Source: a virus (lineage: Duplodnaviria; Caudoviricetes). Taken from it: a stretch of DNA of 44,367 nt. The position numbers were made by a program, and so were the translations under genes. Positions within the stretch are counted from its first letter, which is position 1; each line of letters begins with the position of its first letter. Where the stretch lies: positions 1 through 44,367 of the IMG/VR virus record IMGVR_UViG_3300044305_003822. One strand, given 5' to 3'. A model generated the notes under the pieces. That model did not search any database and had not been told where the DNA came from. It saw only the letters and a list, made by a program, of their open reading frames with translations. Shown piece after piece: positions 1-10,359 of the stretch.

Positions 1-546
1 ACTCCCGTTTTTGTTAATGATAATGTAATAAATTCTAGAGATATTGACCTTACTGTTCCCTTTACTGCATTCGAGGAAAATGAAGAAATAGTCGGGGGAA
101 AACCAACAGATATTTTTAAACCTTATGAAGATAGAACTTATAAAGATGGTAATCTTACTACTTCAACATTAAGAATTGGGTTTGGTAGTGAAACTATTAC
201 TAGAGGAGGAGGATTTAAAAAGGTTGCAAAAGGTGATCTGATAACAAAAAAGGAAGCTTATGCTGATCTTGAAAGATTATTAAAAAATGTAACAAAACCT
301 TATGTAGTTAGTAAATTAAAAGCAGGAGGAGTAGATTATTATAAATTAGATATAAAAATGCAAGTTGTAATTTTAGATATTGCTTATAATTATGGGGGGA
401 ACCATAAAACTTTGTATAATCAATTTGTAAGTGCTATTAAAAAAGGAAAACAAGGTTTAATTGATGAATTAATAAGAAGAAAAAATATGGGAGGTGGTCA
501 AGTACCATCTAGAAGAGAAGCAGAAATTAATTATTTAAGAGGATAA
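1..546 (+). CDS. 5'-truncated protein with C-terminal GH24 phage-lysozyme domain (tail/baseplate lysozyme-like)
   Basis: Frame 1 is open from base 1 into the listed 358..546 ORF. Translation has FEE...PYED...TLRIGFG...ITKKEAYADL...DIAYNYG...RREAE, the pattern of GH24 lysozymes. Confidence 0.7.
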   Translation, partial: TPVFVNDNVINSRDIDLTVPFTAFEENEEIVGGKPTDIFKPYEDRTYKDGNLTTSTLRIGFGSETITRGGGFKKVAKGDLITKKEAYADLERLLKNVTKPYVVSKLKAGGVDYYKLDIKMQVVILDIAYNYGGNHKTLYNQFVSAIKKGKQGLIDELIRRKNMGGGQVPSRREAEINYLRG

Positions 547-547
547 T

Positions 548-1507
548 ATGGGATATATACCAAAATCTTTAGTTAATACAGGTTTATATACAAATGGTGG
601 TGAATTTACTACTACTAATGGTAAACCTTATAAAGGATATTACCACCAATTATTTGATGGAGAAATAGCTTCTGGAAAAACTCCTAATAGTCCTGATTCT
701 CAACCATTGATAACAAATTATAGTACTGATCAACAAAATTATTATCTAGTACCTACTCAAGAAAATATAAATTATGCTTCTCTCCAACCCGCTAATCAAG
801 AATTATATTCATCATCAGGTGATCCATTACCTCATTTTCCAATTATTACAGGTAAAGATTATCAAAGAGGTCAAATAATTAGATATTTTGCTAAAAAAAG
901 AAATGAAGAAAAACCTCAAATTAGAGAAATAAAAAAAGATGCTTTTAATGATTTAAATTTTAGTGCAGGTAAGTATAATTATGCTTTATGGACTGTAACT
1001 AGTGTATTTTGGAAAATCTCTGGTCCATTAAGAGATTCATTAAATAAAAATGGAGTAAAAACTTCTGGAATTATTGATACAAATAGAAGATTAGTTGAAA
1101 ATGCTAATAAAGATTTTAGAGGTATTAGACAATATCTATCTAATTTAATTCAATTTGCAGTTAAATCAGAATTAGTATTATTAGAAAATTTGTATACTGG
1201 TGGTAATGAATTAACTGTTAAAAAAGACAATAGTGATTATACAGGTTACTATCATATAATGGGTGATAAAAAAATAATGGATGGAGCTACACACGAACAA
1301 TCTACAGGTAAAGTACTTTTATCTGCCGATGCTTCATTTTCAAATCAATTAGGAGGATTAATACAAACAGAATTAGGAAAAATAGGAGCACAAGATAATG
1401 TGGCTCCTACAAATAATAGTCGTACATTACAAACACAGTTACAAAATAATATCTCTGAAACACCAGTAACAAGACAACCCTCAGGTGGAGGAGGTGGAGG
1501 TTATTAA
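548..1507 (+). CDS. Hypothetical phage protein with an internally duplicated LYTxGxE...Y.GYYH motif
   Basis: 319-aa ORF 1 nt after the previous stop; the repeat is visible in the translation; Gly-rich C-terminus. Confidence 0.7.
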   Translation: MGYIPKSLVNTGLYTNGGEFTTTNGKPYKGYYHQLFDGEIASGKTPNSPDSQPLITNYSTDQQNYYLVPTQENINYASLQPANQELYSSSGDPLPHFPIITGKDYQRGQIIRYFAKKRNEEKPQIREIKKDAFNDLNFSAGKYNYALWTVTSVFWKISGPLRDSLNKNGVKTSGIIDTNRRLVENANKDFRGIRQYLSNLIQFAVKSELVLLENLYTGGNELTVKKDNSDYTGYYHIMGDKKIMDGATHEQSTGKVLLSADASFSNQLGGLIQTELGKIGAQDNVAPTNNSRTLQTQLQNNISETPVTRQPSGGGGGGY

Positions 1508-1526
1508 ATAGTTATGAAAAAAGGTT

Positions 1527-2846
1527 ATGTATTATATAGTTGAAACAGAACAACAACTAAACAGATTATATTTTTCGGATAAAGAGTGTTACATTAGAAT
1601 CATTCCAATGAATGATGAATATCATTCGATTCTAACATCCCCTTGCTTGGTTTATTTTAAAACACCAACAAGTAAAGGATATATGTTTACTATCAATCAT
1701 AGTGAGGCCTTTAAATTACCCTTATCTAAAGTTTTAGATTTTATAGAAGATAAATTTGAAAAAATTTATACTTTAAATAAAAAAGAAGTTTTATACTATT
1801 TTAATAGTAATAAACTAATTGATATAGATGGAAGATATAAGTACAAGACAATTATTGGAGACAATTTTACTAAGTTTCGGGATAGGGTGTACAATAACTT
1901 CGATTCTTTGGGTTATACTAACTCTATTATTCCCATATCAAAGCATTATGAAAGTGAAGAAAAAACTTTTCAAGAAATTAGACAATGTTTTTTATTGGAT
2001 ACAGATCAAAATATTTTTTATAACGATATTTTTCCAAAAGTTTTTAAAGCAATTGAAGAACAAGGAATAAAAATTCATCCTGATTATTTTCATAAACATT
2101 TTAAATATAATGATAAATCGTGGTTCCTACGTGGAGAAACAGTGTATACTAAGTATAATCTATATAATCTCACCACTCGTCCAACGAATTCATTCAATGG
2201 CGTCAACTTCGCTGCTTTAAATAAAAACGATGGTTCAAGAACTGCACTTATTCCTAAAAATGATTTATTCTTTGAATATGATTATGATTCATATCATGTA
2301 AGAATTTTAGCTAAATTAATTAATTTTGAATTAGGTAAAGATTCTGTACATACCCAATTAGGAAAAATGTATTTTTCTAAAGATGAATTAACAGAAGAAG
2401 AATATAAACAATCCAAAGAATTAACCTTTAAACAATTATATGGAGGGGTATTCGAACAATATAAAGATATTCCATTTTTTAAATCAATGAATGAATATGT
2501 AGATGATTTATGGAAAACCTTTAATAAAGAAAATAAACTTAAGTTAATAGGAGGTAAAGTATTAACTAAAGATCAAATACAAAACCCAACACCTAATAAG
2601 ATACTTAATTATACTATTCAATCAGCTGAAACTTATAATAATGTAATGTCTTTAAAAAGAGTGATAGAATATTTGGAGAATAAACAAAGTAAGGTTATAT
2701 TATACACTTATGATTCCTTCCTTATTGATTACTCTAACGGTGATGGTAAAAAAACTTTACAAAAAATTAAACAATTATTAGAGATGGACGGGTATGTGAT
2801 AAAAGTTAGTTATGGCCGTAATTACAATTCTCTAAAATATATATAA
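1527..2846 (+). CDS. Compact family-A DNA polymerase-like protein
   Basis: TTRPTN...NFAAL (TGRLSS-like), motif A EYDYDSYHVRILA, motif B KELTFKQLYGG, NYTIQS, motif C LYTYDSFLID, VSYGRNY; no 5'-3' exonuclease domain. Confidence 0.75.
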   Translation: MYYIVETEQQLNRLYFSDKECYIRIIPMNDEYHSILTSPCLVYFKTPTSKGYMFTINHSEAFKLPLSKVLDFIEDKFEKIYTLNKKEVLYYFNSNKLIDIDGRYKYKTIIGDNFTKFRDRVYNNFDSLGYTNSIIPISKHYESEEKTFQEIRQCFLLDTDQNIFYNDIFPKVFKAIEEQGIKIHPDYFHKHFKYNDKSWFLRGETVYTKYNLYNLTTRPTNSFNGVNFAALNKNDGSRTALIPKNDLFFEYDYDSYHVRILAKLINFELGKDSVHTQLGKMYFSKDELTEEEYKQSKELTFKQLYGGVFEQYKDIPFFKSMNEYVDDLWKTFNKENKLKLIGGKVLTKDQIQNPTPNKILNYTIQSAETYNNVMSLKRVIEYLENKQSKVILYTYDSFLIDYSNGDGKKTLQKIKQLLEMDGYVIKVSYGRNYNSLKYI

Positions 2847-2851
2847 TATTT

Positions 2852-3271
2852 ATGATGGAAGAAAAAATTAATTTAGAAGACTTGGCAAATAAACTATTTT
2901 GCACATTCACCACTAAGGAAGAATTAGATTCCACAGTAGATACTATTAAAGATCAATATGATATTTTATTTAATAAGATATTTGTTCTTTTTGTAGAATC
3001 TACTAATGAATACGTTTGTACTTATAACGTTGATTCTTTTAATATGTCTAATACTATATTAGATAATACTATTCTCCTTCATAGAAAAAAAGACTCTAAT
3101 ACTCTATATACTATAAATGCACTTAATGATTTAATTAAAGAATTAAATGGTGGTATTTTAGATATGAAATATAAAGTAAATTGGAGCGAATACAGAAATT
3201 GTATTTTATTAACCACTGGGGGTGAATTAAAAAGACTTGATACAAAAGTCCACGATATTCTCACTTTTTAA
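2852..3271 (+). CDS. Hypothetical phage protein
   Basis: 139-aa ORF in operon context; the true start may be 2855. Confidence 0.7.
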   Translation: MMEEKINLEDLANKLFCTFTTKEELDSTVDTIKDQYDILFNKIFVLFVESTNEYVCTYNVDSFNMSNTILDNTILLHRKKDSNTLYTINALNDLIKELNGGILDMKYKVNWSEYRNCILLTTGGELKRLDTKVHDILTF

Positions 3272-3280
3272 CCAAATTAT

Positions 3281-3309
3281 TTGGTTACCAGTTTTATTTT
3301 TATTATATT
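3281..3309 (+). promoter_or_regulatory. Putative sigma70-like promoter TTGGTT-N17-TATATT
   Basis: Exact 17-nt spacer; one of seven near-identical copies at gene boundaries. Confidence 0.7.
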
Positions 3310-3341
3310 ATTAACAGTTACATTAAAAACAATAAATAGTT

Positions 3342-4127
3342 ATGGATTTAAAATTAATCTCAAGCAAGTTAGAACAACTTCAGACCCCACAAGGTCAACA
3401 ATCCCAACAAAAATTTGACAGAAGTCAGTATTTTTGGAAAGCTCCACTAGGTAAATCACAAATTAGATTTGTGCCTTATGTGGAAAACAAAGACAACCCA
3501 TTCCAAGAAGTATTTTTTCATTATGGAATAGGAAATAGAACAATGATCTCACCTATTAATTTTGGTGATAAAGATCCTATTGTAGAATTCTCAAAAGAAT
3601 TACGTAAAACATCTGAACCCGAAAATTGGAGACTAGCTAAAAAGTTAGAACCAAAAATGAGAGTATTTGCTCCTGTTATAGTTCGTGGTGAAGAAAATAA
3701 AGGTGTACGTTTTTGGGAATTTGGAAAACAAGTATACCAAGAATTATTAAGTTATGCTGCTGATGAAGATTACGGTGATTTTACTGATGTAATTTCTGGT
3801 CTTGATATGACAGTAGAAGTAGTTCAAGGTAATCCTTACCCACAAACTTCAATACGTGTTAAACCAAAACAAACTCCATTATCAGATGATAATACTTCAG
3901 TTGAAAAATGGTTAAAAGAACAACCTGAATTATTTAAATATTATAAGAAATACACTTATGATGAAATGAAAACAGCTCTTCAGGACTGGTTAAACCCAGA
4001 AGATGGAGGAGAGGAAGTAGGTAGTTCCAATGATCAATCATCTAAAAAAGATGAAGGTTACACATTAAATGTTAAACAAAAAGAATCGTTTAACGAAGAC
4101 GAGTTTGACGATCTATTTAAAGATTAA
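3342..4127 (+). CDS. Single-stranded DNA-binding protein (T4 gp32-like)
   Basis: FWK...IRFVP, PVIVRGEE...GVRFWEFGKQVY, DFTDVISGLD; acidic tail DEFDDLFKD; precedes the recombinase. Confidence 0.8.
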   Translation: MDLKLISSKLEQLQTPQGQQSQQKFDRSQYFWKAPLGKSQIRFVPYVENKDNPFQEVFFHYGIGNRTMISPINFGDKDPIVEFSKELRKTSEPENWRLAKKLEPKMRVFAPVIVRGEENKGVRFWEFGKQVYQELLSYAADEDYGDFTDVISGLDMTVEVVQGNPYPQTSIRVKPKQTPLSDDNTSVEKWLKEQPELFKYYKKYTYDEMKTALQDWLNPEDGGEEVGSSNDQSSKKDEGYTLNVKQKESFNEDEFDDLFKD

Positions 4128-4132
4128 TAAGA

Positions 4133-5209
4133 ATGGCAAGAAAAAAAGCAAGTCTTGGGGGCGATATCTCTAAGTCTGTTAAGGGGACATTCTCCTTAGA
4201 TAAATTTAAAGCAGCTAAAGGATTAGGATCAACTAATAATTCATTTAAAGAACAAGAATGGATCCCTCTATCACCAGCATGGCAAGAAATGGTTTCTTTA
4301 CCTGGAATTCCTCATGGTCATATTACTTTACTACGTGGGCATTCAGATACAGGAAAAACTACAGCATTATTAGAAGTAGCAGTTAATGCTCAAAAAATGG
4401 GTATTTTACCTGTTTTTATTGTTACTGAGATGAAATGGTCTTGGGAACATGCCCAAATGATGGGGCTACAAGTAGATGTAGAAAAAGATAATGAAGGTAA
4501 AATTTCTGGCGTTGATGGAAATTTTATTTTTGCTGATAGAGGACAATTACCTACTGTAGAAGCTGTCGCGGGATTCATGGCAGATCTAATGAGTGAACAG
4601 AAGAAAGGTAATTTACCAATGGATATGGTGTTTTTATGGGATTCAATTGGATCTGTGCCGTGTCAAATGTCAGTTGAAAAAGCAAAAAATAATAATGAAT
4701 GGAATGCCGGTGCAATGTCTACTCAATTTGGTAATTTTATTAATCAAGAAATATTATTATCAAGAAAAGAATCGTATCCATATACTAATTCATTAGTTGC
4801 TGTAAATAAGATTTGGGTTGAAAAACCTATAGGACCTATGTCACCTCCAATTATGAAAAATAAAGGAGGTAATACTATGTTTTTTGATTCTACTTTAATT
4901 GTTACTTTTGGTAACATTTCTAATCCAGGTACATTAAAAATTAATGCTGTAAAGGATGGTAAAAAAGTAGAATGGGCTAAAAAAGTTAAAGTTGCCATTG
5001 AAAAAAACCATATTAATGGTATTACTACAACAGGTAAAATTTTAGCTACGCCTCATGGTTTTATTTCTGAAAAGAAAAGTGATATAGAAAAATATAAAAG
5101 ACAACATCAAGAAGAATGGGGTAGAATTTTAGGTGAAGGCCCATTCGAAGTAATTACAGAAGGATCAGAAGCCGAAGATTTCCAAAATCCATCTGCAACG
5201 GATGAATAA
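4133..5209 (+). CDS. uvsX: RecA/UvsX-like recombinase
   Basis: Walker A GHSDTGKT, Walker B VFLWDSIG, KGG loop, KNH motif; lies between SSB and exonuclease. Confidence 0.8.
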   Translation: MARKKASLGGDISKSVKGTFSLDKFKAAKGLGSTNNSFKEQEWIPLSPAWQEMVSLPGIPHGHITLLRGHSDTGKTTALLEVAVNAQKMGILPVFIVTEMKWSWEHAQMMGLQVDVEKDNEGKISGVDGNFIFADRGQLPTVEAVAGFMADLMSEQKKGNLPMDMVFLWDSIGSVPCQMSVEKAKNNNEWNAGAMSTQFGNFINQEILLSRKESYPYTNSLVAVNKIWVEKPIGPMSPPIMKNKGGNTMFFDSTLIVTFGNISNPGTLKINAVKDGKKVEWAKKVKVAIEKNHINGITTTGKILATPHGFISEKKSDIEKYKRQHQEEWGRILGEGPFEVITEGSEAEDFQNPSATDE

Positions 5210-6233
5210 AAACTATCAAACTATACTCGATAACTTGCACGAGGGATCAAGTCTGGAGCCCCTACATTTAAACAGTAGGGTGCTCCTAATTGATTCAATG
5301 AATACTTTTTTAAGATCATTTGCAATTATACCTGCAATTAATCCGCAGGGCAATCATATCGGGGGTTTAGTAGGTTTTATGAAATCATTAGGTTATGCAA
5401 TTAAATTAATTCGACCTACTAGAGTAATATTAGTATTTGATGGTCAAGGTAATATTACAAATAGAAGAAATACTTATTCTGATTATAAAGCTAATCGCCA
5501 AATAAAAAGAATAACAAATTTTAATGTATTTTCTACTCTAGAGGAAGAATCAGATTCAGTTTCTACCCAGATGTTAAGGTTATTAGATTATCTAAAAACT
5601 TTACCTGTAAATATTTCTATTATTGATAAAATAGAAGCAGATGATACTATAGCTTATTTATCTAAAAAATTAAAAGATGATATTATAATATATTCTGCTG
5701 ATCAGGACTTTTTACAATTAGTAAATAAAAGAATAACAGTATATTCTCCTATTAAAAAGAAATTTTATAAACCACAAGATGTTTTTGATCAATATGGTTT
5801 ATATCCTCATAATTTTATTACAATGAAATGTTTAATGGGTGATAAATCAGATAATTTACCTGGAGTTAAAGGTTTAGGTCCAAAAAAATTATTTAAATAT
5901 TTTCCTGAATTAGAAACAAATAAAAAATTTACTTTAAAAGAAGCTTATGATAAAGCAACTGAAAAAGTAGAAGAACATGGAATTTATGGTAATGTTCATT
6001 TATTTAAACAACAATTAGAAATTAATTATGAATTAATGTCTTTAGAAGATATTGAATTATTAGAAGCAGATCAACAAGAACTTGATCAATTAATTGAAAC
6101 ACCACCATATAATTTTAAAAAAAATAAATTTTTAAGTTTATACGAAAAAGATTTACTAGGAAGAGGAATACCTAACACAGAATTTTGGTTATCAGAAGTA
6201 TTTTCGTATCTTCAAAATTATAAGATTAAATAA
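5202..6233 (+). CDS. 5'-3' exonuclease / flap endonuclease (T4 RNase H-like)
   Basis: LLIDSMN, VFDG, YKANR, EADD, SADQDFLQL, GDKSDNLPGVKGLGPK (H3TH). Confidence 0.92.
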   Translation: MNKNYQTILDNLHEGSSLEPLHLNSRVLLIDSMNTFLRSFAIIPAINPQGNHIGGLVGFMKSLGYAIKLIRPTRVILVFDGQGNITNRRNTYSDYKANRQIKRITNFNVFSTLEEESDSVSTQMLRLLDYLKTLPVNISIIDKIEADDTIAYLSKKLKDDIIIYSADQDFLQLVNKRITVYSPIKKKFYKPQDVFDQYGLYPHNFITMKCLMGDKSDNLPGVKGLGPKKLFKYFPELETNKKFTLKEAYDKATEKVEEHGIYGNVHLFKQQLEINYELMSLEDIELLEADQQELDQLIETPPYNFKKNKFLSLYEKDLLGRGIPNTEFWLSEVFSYLQNYKIK

Positions 6234-6236
6234 GTT

Positions 6237-7607
6237 ATGACGTTAAAGAGTTTATCGCAGTATGGACCTCACTTTCAAGTTAAAGTTCTAAATTCTTTAC
6301 TTAAAAATAAAAAATTTACACTTAATATTCGAGATGTAATTTTACCAAAATATTTTGAAAATCAAGCTCATCAATGGATAGTAAAAGAAACATTACAATA
6401 TTTTGAGGAATATCATTCTCCCCCAACATTAGATTTTTTAAAAATTGAAATTAAAAAAATAGATAATGATATTTTAAAAACTTCTGTTATTGATCAATTA
6501 AAAGAAATTTTTAAGATAATTAATGATGATCAAGAATATGTTGAATCTGAATTTTCAAGTTTCTGTAAAAATCAAGCATTAAAAACAGCATTAGTAGAAT
6601 CTGTAGATTTATTAAATGATGGTATGTTTGATGATATTCGTTTTAAGATTGATACTGCTTTAAAAGCGGGACAAGATAAAGATATAGGACATGAATATAT
6701 CAAAGAAGTAGAAGCACGATATAAAGAAGAAGATAGACAAGTAATACCTACTCCTTGGTCTATTATTAATGAAAGGTTAATGGGTGGTTTAGGTGGAGGT
6801 GATTTTGGTTTAATATTTGGTTCACCTGGTGGGGGTAAATCATGGACTATGGTTGCTTTAGGTGCTCATGCTGTAAAATTAGGATTAAACGTTGTACATT
6901 ATACCTTAGAATTATCAGAAGGATATGTTGGTAAAAGATATGATTCTCATTTTATAAATGAACCTGTAAATACTATCCATTTACATAAAGAAAAAATTAA
7001 TGAATATATTGATAATTTAAAAGGTTCTTTAACCATTAAAGAATATACACCAGGTCAAGCTTCAATTCCATCAATTGAATCACATGTGGCTAAAATGACT
7101 GATTTAGGATATCCTCCTGATATGGTTATTATTGATTACGTTGATTTACTAAAAAGCACCATCAGTTCAAAAGATGAGAAAGAAAAATTAGATAACACTT
7201 ATGTATCAACTAAAGCATTAGCAAGAACATTAAATATTCCTGTTTGGTCTGTTTCTCAGGTTAATAGAGCAGGTGCAAGAGATGATATTATTGAAGGAGA
7301 TAAAGCAGCAGGTTCTTATAATAAGATAATGATTACAGATTTTTGTATGTCTTTATCAAGATTACCTCAAGATAAAATTAATGGAACAGGTAGATTTTTC
7401 TTAATGAAAAATAGATACGGTATAGATGGTATGACTTATCATGCAACGATAGATGCATCAACAGGCCGTATAGAAATGGATGAAAACCCACAGGAGTTAC
7501 CAGAAGGTTCTGCACCTGCTAAACAAGCATTTGCTAATGACTTCACTCCACAAGATATGAAAGCATTAAAAGTAATGAAAGATGATTTTCTTTTAAATAA
7601 AGAATAG
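6237..7607 (+). CDS. dnaB: Replicative DnaB-like helicase (T4 gp41-like)
   Basis: Walker A GSPGGGKS, YTLEL, IIDYVDLL, SQVNR, KNRYG. Confidence 0.9.
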   Translation: MTLKSLSQYGPHFQVKVLNSLLKNKKFTLNIRDVILPKYFENQAHQWIVKETLQYFEEYHSPPTLDFLKIEIKKIDNDILKTSVIDQLKEIFKIINDDQEYVESEFSSFCKNQALKTALVESVDLLNDGMFDDIRFKIDTALKAGQDKDIGHEYIKEVEARYKEEDRQVIPTPWSIINERLMGGLGGGDFGLIFGSPGGGKSWTMVALGAHAVKLGLNVVHYTLELSEGYVGKRYDSHFINEPVNTIHLHKEKINEYIDNLKGSLTIKEYTPGQASIPSIESHVAKMTDLGYPPDMVIIDYVDLLKSTISSKDEKEKLDNTYVSTKALARTLNIPVWSVSQVNRAGARDDIIEGDKAAGSYNKIMITDFCMSLSRLPQDKINGTGRFFLMKNRYGIDGMTYHATIDASTGRIEMDENPQELPEGSAPAKQAFANDFTPQDMKALKVMKDDFLLNKE

Positions 7608-7625
7608 TCATGCATAGTATATACT

Positions 7626-7633
7626 ATATTTAT
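7626..7633 (+). promoter_or_regulatory. ATATTTAT motif (putative phage late/middle promoter)
   Basis: One of seven copies located in short intergenic gaps upstream of genes. Confidence 0.5.
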
Positions 7634-7665
7634 GAAAGCGTTACAAAACAGTTAATTAATAATTT

Positions 7666-8646
7666 ATGAGAGACATTACCAAAGAAAGAATAGTTTACAA
7701 ACCCTTTGAATACCAAGAAGCACACGAATATTGGATGAAACAACAACAAGCCCATTGGCTTCATACTGAAGTTCCTATGATGGCCGATGTAAATGATTGG
7801 AAACAAAACTTATCAAAAACAGAAAAAAATATAATTGGGAGTATTTTAAAAGGATTTGCACAAACTGAAACAGTGGTAAATGATTATTGGTCAAGTTTAG
7901 TAACTAAATGGTTTAGAAAACCAGAAATTATTAAAATGGCTGTAACATTTGGTGCGTTTGAAACTATTCATGCAGAAGCATATTCTCTTTTAAATGAAGA
8001 ATTAGGGTTAGATGATTTTAGTGAGTTTTTAGAAGATGAAACTACAATGGCTAAAATAGAAACTTTAATGAATGTTAGAGATGAACATAATGGTGAAGTA
8101 AATTGGAGTGAAAGAGCCCGTTCATTAGCTATATTTTCAGCTTTTACAGAAGGAGTTAATTTATTTTCTTCTTTTGCAATTTTATTATCTTTTAAATTAA
8201 GAAATCTATTAAAAGGTGTAGGACAAATAGTAGAATGGAGCATCAGAGATGAATCACTACATTCAGATGCTGGGTGTTGGTTATTTAGACAATTATTAAA
8301 AGAAAACCCACATTTAAATACACCTGAATTACAAAAACAAATAGAAGATGCTGCTAATTTATCTTTAAAATTAGAATTAGATTTTATAGATAAAGTTTAT
8401 GAAATGGGAGATTTAGAAGGATGCTCAAAATATGATTTAGTATCCTTTATTAAACATAGAACTAATACCAAAATGAGTGATTTAGGTTATAAACCTATTG
8501 TTAATGGTATTGATAAAGCTGCAATTAATAGAATGAAATGGTTCGATTCATTATCAGCTGGAAAACAACACACTGATTTCTTTGCAAATCGAGTTACAAA
8601 TTATTCAAAAGGCGTTACAAAATGGGACGCAAATTCGTTATTTTAA
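7666..8646 (+). CDS. nrdB: Ribonucleotide reductase class I beta subunit
   Basis: ETIHAEAY (radical Tyr), EGVNLFSSF, RDESLH, DFFANRVTNYSK. Confidence 0.95.
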   Translation: MRDITKERIVYKPFEYQEAHEYWMKQQQAHWLHTEVPMMADVNDWKQNLSKTEKNIIGSILKGFAQTETVVNDYWSSLVTKWFRKPEIIKMAVTFGAFETIHAEAYSLLNEELGLDDFSEFLEDETTMAKIETLMNVRDEHNGEVNWSERARSLAIFSAFTEGVNLFSSFAILLSFKLRNLLKGVGQIVEWSIRDESLHSDAGCWLFRQLLKENPHLNTPELQKQIEDAANLSLKLELDFIDKVYEMGDLEGCSKYDLVSFIKHRTNTKMSDLGYKPIVNGIDKAAINRMKWFDSLSAGKQHTDFFANRVTNYSKGVTKWDANSLF

Positions 8647-10359
8647 ATGGACAGTAATTTAATATCAAACACAGAAAACTGGGAGAAAGGTAAAGATTAT
8701 CCTTCTTTCATGGATGAAATTTCAATAGCTACTTTATCAAAAGGTTATTTATTACCTGGAGAAACTCCTAAAAAAGCTTATAGGCGTGTAGCTAATGCTG
8801 CTGCTAGAAGATTAGGCAAGCCCGAGCTTGAAAATAAATTTTTTAAAATTATTTGGAATGGATGGTTAGGTTTAGCATCACCTGTTATTTCAAATATGGG
8901 TACTGATAGAGGGTTACCTATTTCTTGTTTTGGAGTTGACACACCTGATTCTATAAGAGGGATTAGTTTAACTAATGCTGAATTAATGAAATTAACTTCT
9001 CAAGGAGGAGGAGTAGGAATTTCTGTTTCTAGAATTAGACCTAGAGGAGCTCAAATAGCAGGAAATGGAAAATCTGAAGGAGTAGTACCTTGGTGCAAAA
9101 TTTATGATTCAGCAATCATAGCTACAAATCAAGGTAATGTAAGAAGAGGAGCAGCTTCAGTTAATTTAGATGTTAACCACCCAGATATTAAAGAATACTT
9201 ACAAATTAGAAGACCTAAAGGTGATCCTAATAGACAGTGTTTGAATTTACATCAATGTGTCGTTGTAGATGATCCATTTATGAGAAAATTAGAATCTAGA
9301 GACCAAGAAGTTATGGCTTTATGGGCAGAAATTTTAAAATCTAGAATGGAAACTGGAGAACCTTATATAATGTATAAGGATAATGTAAATAAAAATAATC
9401 CTATTTCTTATATGATGAATAATTTAGAAGTAAGTATGACAAATATATGTACTGAAATTACTTTATTTACAGATGAAGAACATAGTTTTATTTGTTGTTT
9501 ATCTTCTTTAAATTTAGCTAAATATGACGAATGGAAAGATACGGATACTGTAGAATTGGCTACTTGGTTCTTAGATGGGGTAATGCAAGAATTTATAGAT
9601 AAATCAAATGGTAAAGATTCATTAAAAAGAACACATAACCATGCTAAAAAAGGTAGAGCATTAGGATTAGGAGTAATGGGTTGGCATACATTTTTACAAC
9701 AAAAACAATTACCATTTAATTCGATTGCTTCTACAGCTCATACACATAATATTTTTAGTGATATCAGAAACAAAGCTGAAAAAGCATCAAGAGATTTAGC
9801 TGATGAATATGGAGAACCAGTTTGGTGTAGAGGTACAGGTATGAGAAATACGCATTTATTAGCGATTGCTCCTACTGTATCGAATAGTGTAATTACTGGT
9901 GGTATTTCTGCAGGTATTGAGCCGTTACCCGCTAATATTTACACATTTAATGGCGCTAAAGGTACATTTATCCGTAAAAATAAAGTATTACAAGACATTT
10001 TAATTGAAAAAGGAGAAGATAAAGATAAATGGTGGGATCAAATGCTTAAAGATGGAGGATCAGTACAAAATTTACCTGATAATATTTTATCTCAAGAAAA
10101 TAAAGAATTATTCTTTACTTTCTCTGAAATAAATCAATTAGAATTAGTTAGGCAGTCCGCTATCCGTCAACGTTATTTAGATCAAACTCAATCTCTTAAT
10201 TTATCTTTCGATCCAAATGATTCTCCTAAATGGATAAATCAGGTTCATATCGAAGCTTGGAAATTAGGTGTTAAAACTCTTTATTATTTACGAACAGATT
10301 CCGTAATTAAGGGTGACTTAGGCTCTAGAATGGCTGATTGTATTTCTTGTGATGGTTGA
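8647..10359 (+). CDS. nrdA: Ribonucleotide reductase class I alpha subunit (no N-terminal ATP cone)
   Basis: ISCF, GGGVG, RRGA, TNICTEI (NxCxE), AIAPT, DQTQSLN, KTLYYLR, C-terminal CISCDG. Confidence 0.95.
   Translation: MDSNLISNTENWEKGKDYPSFMDEISIATLSKGYLLPGETPKKAYRRVANAAARRLGKPELENKFFKIIWNGWLGLASPVISNMGTDRGLPISCFGVDTPDSIRGISLTNAELMKLTSQGGGVGISVSRIRPRGAQIAGNGKSEGVVPWCKIYDSAIIATNQGNVRRGAASVNLDVNHPDIKEYLQIRRPKGDPNRQCLNLHQCVVVDDPFMRKLESRDQEVMALWAEILKSRMETGEPYIMYKDNVNKNNPISYMMNNLEVSMTNICTEITLFTDEEHSFICCLSSLNLAKYDEWKDTDTVELATWFLDGVMQEFIDKSNGKDSLKRTHNHAKKGRALGLGVMGWHTFLQQKQLPFNSIASTAHTHNIFSDIRNKAEKASRDLADEYGEPVWCRGTGMRNTHLLAIAPTVSNSVITGGISAGIEPLPANIYTFNGAKGTFIRKNKVLQDILIEKGEDKDKWWDQMLKDGGSVQNLPDNILSQENKELFFTFSEINQLELVRQSAIRQRYLDQTQSLNLSFDPNDSPKWINQVHIEAWKLGVKTLYYLRTDSVIKGDLGSRMADCISCDG

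Noticed and set aside
358-546. 62-aa stand-alone ORF
   Set aside because: The frame is open from base 1; this is the C-terminus of a longer lysozyme-domain protein.
8644-8649. nrdB-nrdA fusion by read-through (in-frame TAA-ATG)
   Set aside because: Both subunits have normal termini; abutting genes are typical throughout this window and TAA is rarely read through.
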